From an uncultured Candidatus Entotheonella sp. (GTDB taxonomy: Bacteria > Tectomicrobia > Entotheonellia > Entotheonellales > Entotheonellaceae), in NCBI GenBank assembly GCA_965217185.1, contig OZ244252.1:2368001-2432000 (forward strand): 64,000 nucleotides of DNA, given 5' to 3'. A model generated the notes under the pieces. The model made no database searches. It was not told the DNA's origin and saw only the letters and a program-made list of their open reading frames with translations. Below are positions 58,254 through 64,000 of this stretch, piece by piece; the first letter of the stretch is position 1, and each line of letters starts with the position of its first letter. The position numbers and the translations under genes are program-made.

Positions 58254-58880
58254 ATGCGAACTCAGAGCGGTTTCACCCTCATCGAGCTGCTGATCGCCCT
58301 TGCCGTTGGTTCGCTCCTCATGGGCGGTATCTACAGCATTCTGGTGCAACAGCGCAATGTCTATGCAAGGCACCAACAGTTGCTGGAGATGCGGCAAAAC
58401 GTTCGCATGGGTCTCGACGTGATGACCAATGACATCCGCATGGCCGGTTTTGACCCAACAGGTAATGCCGGTGCCGGCATCGTCACCGCCGAGGCCGGCC
58501 TGATGCGCTTCACGCTTGACCGGAACGGCAGCGGCATCATCGGTGACGCCGCGTTTGAAGACGTCGCCTACCGCGCCAGGTCCGGCAGCTTGCGCATCCA
58601 GTCGGTGCGGGAGAAGGCGAGCGGCTTTCAGGCGGTCGTCGACACGATTCAGCGGCTGCGGTTCTGTTACGTGTTGCCCGGCAGCGATCCGCAACTCCCC
58701 TGCGTGCCGGAAGTGCCGGCGGGAGAGTTGCAAAACATCCGCGCCGTGCGCCTGACGCTCACTGCCAAAGCATCTCGCCGTGATCCGCAGTACACGGAAA
58801 ATGGCGGTTACCGAACGCTCGAACGGGTGGCCGTGGTGCAACTCAGGAACGTCGCCTTGGCGGACGAGCCGGGATGGTGA
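58254..58880 (+). CDS. PilW-like minor pilin
   Basis: GFTLIELLIAL; DIRMAGF; VQLRN. Confidence 0.85.
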   Translation: MRTQSGFTLIELLIALAVGSLLMGGIYSILVQQRNVYARHQQLLEMRQNVRMGLDVMTNDIRMAGFDPTGNAGAGIVTAEAGLMRFTLDRNGSGIIGDAAFEDVAYRARSGSLRIQSVREKASGFQAVVDTIQRLRFCYVLPGSDPQLPCVPEVPAGELQNIRAVRLTLTAKASRRDPQYTENGGYRTLERVAVVQLRNVALADEPGW

Positions 58881-58883
58881 GGG

Positions 58884-59396
58884 ATGCCGGAGAAGGCAGC
58901 GAACAGGGATCAGGAGCGCGGTTTTACGCTCATCGAGGTCATGGTGGCCGTGTCGCTGCTGGCCTTGGGCTTGGGGGCTCTGGCTGCGGTGCAGATAACC
59001 GCGGTCACCATCAACGCCAGGGCCAACGGCACGACGCGGCTCGCCACGATGGCACAGGAACGGCTGGAAGCCCTGCTCGCGCTCCCTTACAACCACCCGC
59101 ATTTGCTGGATACGGCCGCGGGCGCCACCAAGACGACCTATGACGCCGCACCTGATGCCGTCCCGGACGGTCATCGCGTGTACTGGTGCGTCAACGAGGG
59201 GTTCCCGCGTCCGCAGCTCAAGACGGTTGACGTTGTCGCCGCGCAACTCGGCGACGACGCCGAAGACGGCAATCTGAACTGCGCCCTGGATGCCGGTGAG
59301 GACGCGAATGACAACGGTCGTCTCGATCAAGGCCGGCGGACATTTGTGCTATCGGGCGTACGGTCGGCCATCGGGGCGACGTATTTGGCGCCGTAG
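58884..59396 (+). CDS. PilV-like minor pilin
   Basis: GFTLIEVMVAV; AQERLEAL. Confidence 0.85.
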   Translation: MPEKAANRDQERGFTLIEVMVAVSLLALGLGALAAVQITAVTINARANGTTRLATMAQERLEALLALPYNHPHLLDTAAGATKTTYDAAPDAVPDGHRVYWCVNEGFPRPQLKTVDVVAAQLGDDAEDGNLNCALDAGEDANDNGRLDQGRRTFVLSGVRSAIGATYLAP

Positions 59397-59398
59397 GA

Positions 59399-63804
<4,406 letters not shown>

Positions 63805-63816
63805 TAGCAGCAGAAT

Positions 63817-63846
63817 GTCGGATGACGCCGCGCGCATCCGACCTGC
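63817..63846. repeat. REP-like family A copy
   Basis: GTCGGATGACGCCGCGCGCATCCGACCTGC. Confidence 0.75.
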
Positions 63847-63857
63847 GGGAGGAGGCG

Positions 63858-64000
63858 ATGGTTAAGGCGTCGTCCGAAGTGGTGGTGGGACTCATCCAGA
63901 TGCAGGCCGAGGCGGACCCGCGGGCGAACGTGCAGCGCGCCGTCAGCGCTATCCGGGACGCCGCGGCGCAGGGCGCGCAGATCATCTGCCTGCAGGAGTT
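63858..64000 (+). CDS. Carbon-nitrogen hydrolase (nitrilase superfamily), partial
   Basis: GGAGG RBS; MVKASSEVVVGLIQM...AAAQGAQIICLQE. Confidence 0.85.
   Translation, partial: MVKASSEVVVGLIQMQAEADPRANVQRAVSAIRDAAAQGAQIICLQE

Overview
A high-GC bacterial chromosome segment with intact housekeeping genes and three decaying accessory regions. (1) 1.1-13.2 kb is a defence island on the minus strand. It holds a type I R-M operon (hsdR, vapBC, hsdS, a Schlafen/AlbA_2-domain gene, hsdM) preceded by a Retron-Eco2/Ec67-like unit (msr-msd ncRNA plus RT-TOPRIM). The RT gene is split by an IS5-family element and hsdS by a 191-bp MITE; removing each insert with one target-site copy restores the reading frame. 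(2) 18.4-19.7 kb holds two attC sites with no integrase in the window, flanking a DUF4160/DUF2442 cassette, plus TA remnants. (3) 35.7-47.4 kb is a type I secretion/RTX locus with a tandem array of Ca-binding repeat proteins, a broken ABC transporter and two broken paralogues of an unknown gene. The backbone carries purC, coaX, nadD, tenA, sat-cysC, an aldehyde:ferredoxin oxidoreductase, a MoxR-DUF58-vWA operon, copper-handling genes, minor pilins and a Lon-like protease. It also carries a prephenate dehydratase-dehydrogenase fusion and a B12-binding radical-SAM-like protein lacking the CxxxCxxC motif. Two interspersed palindromic repeat families occur. All family assignments come from motif recognition by eye; no database searches were run.
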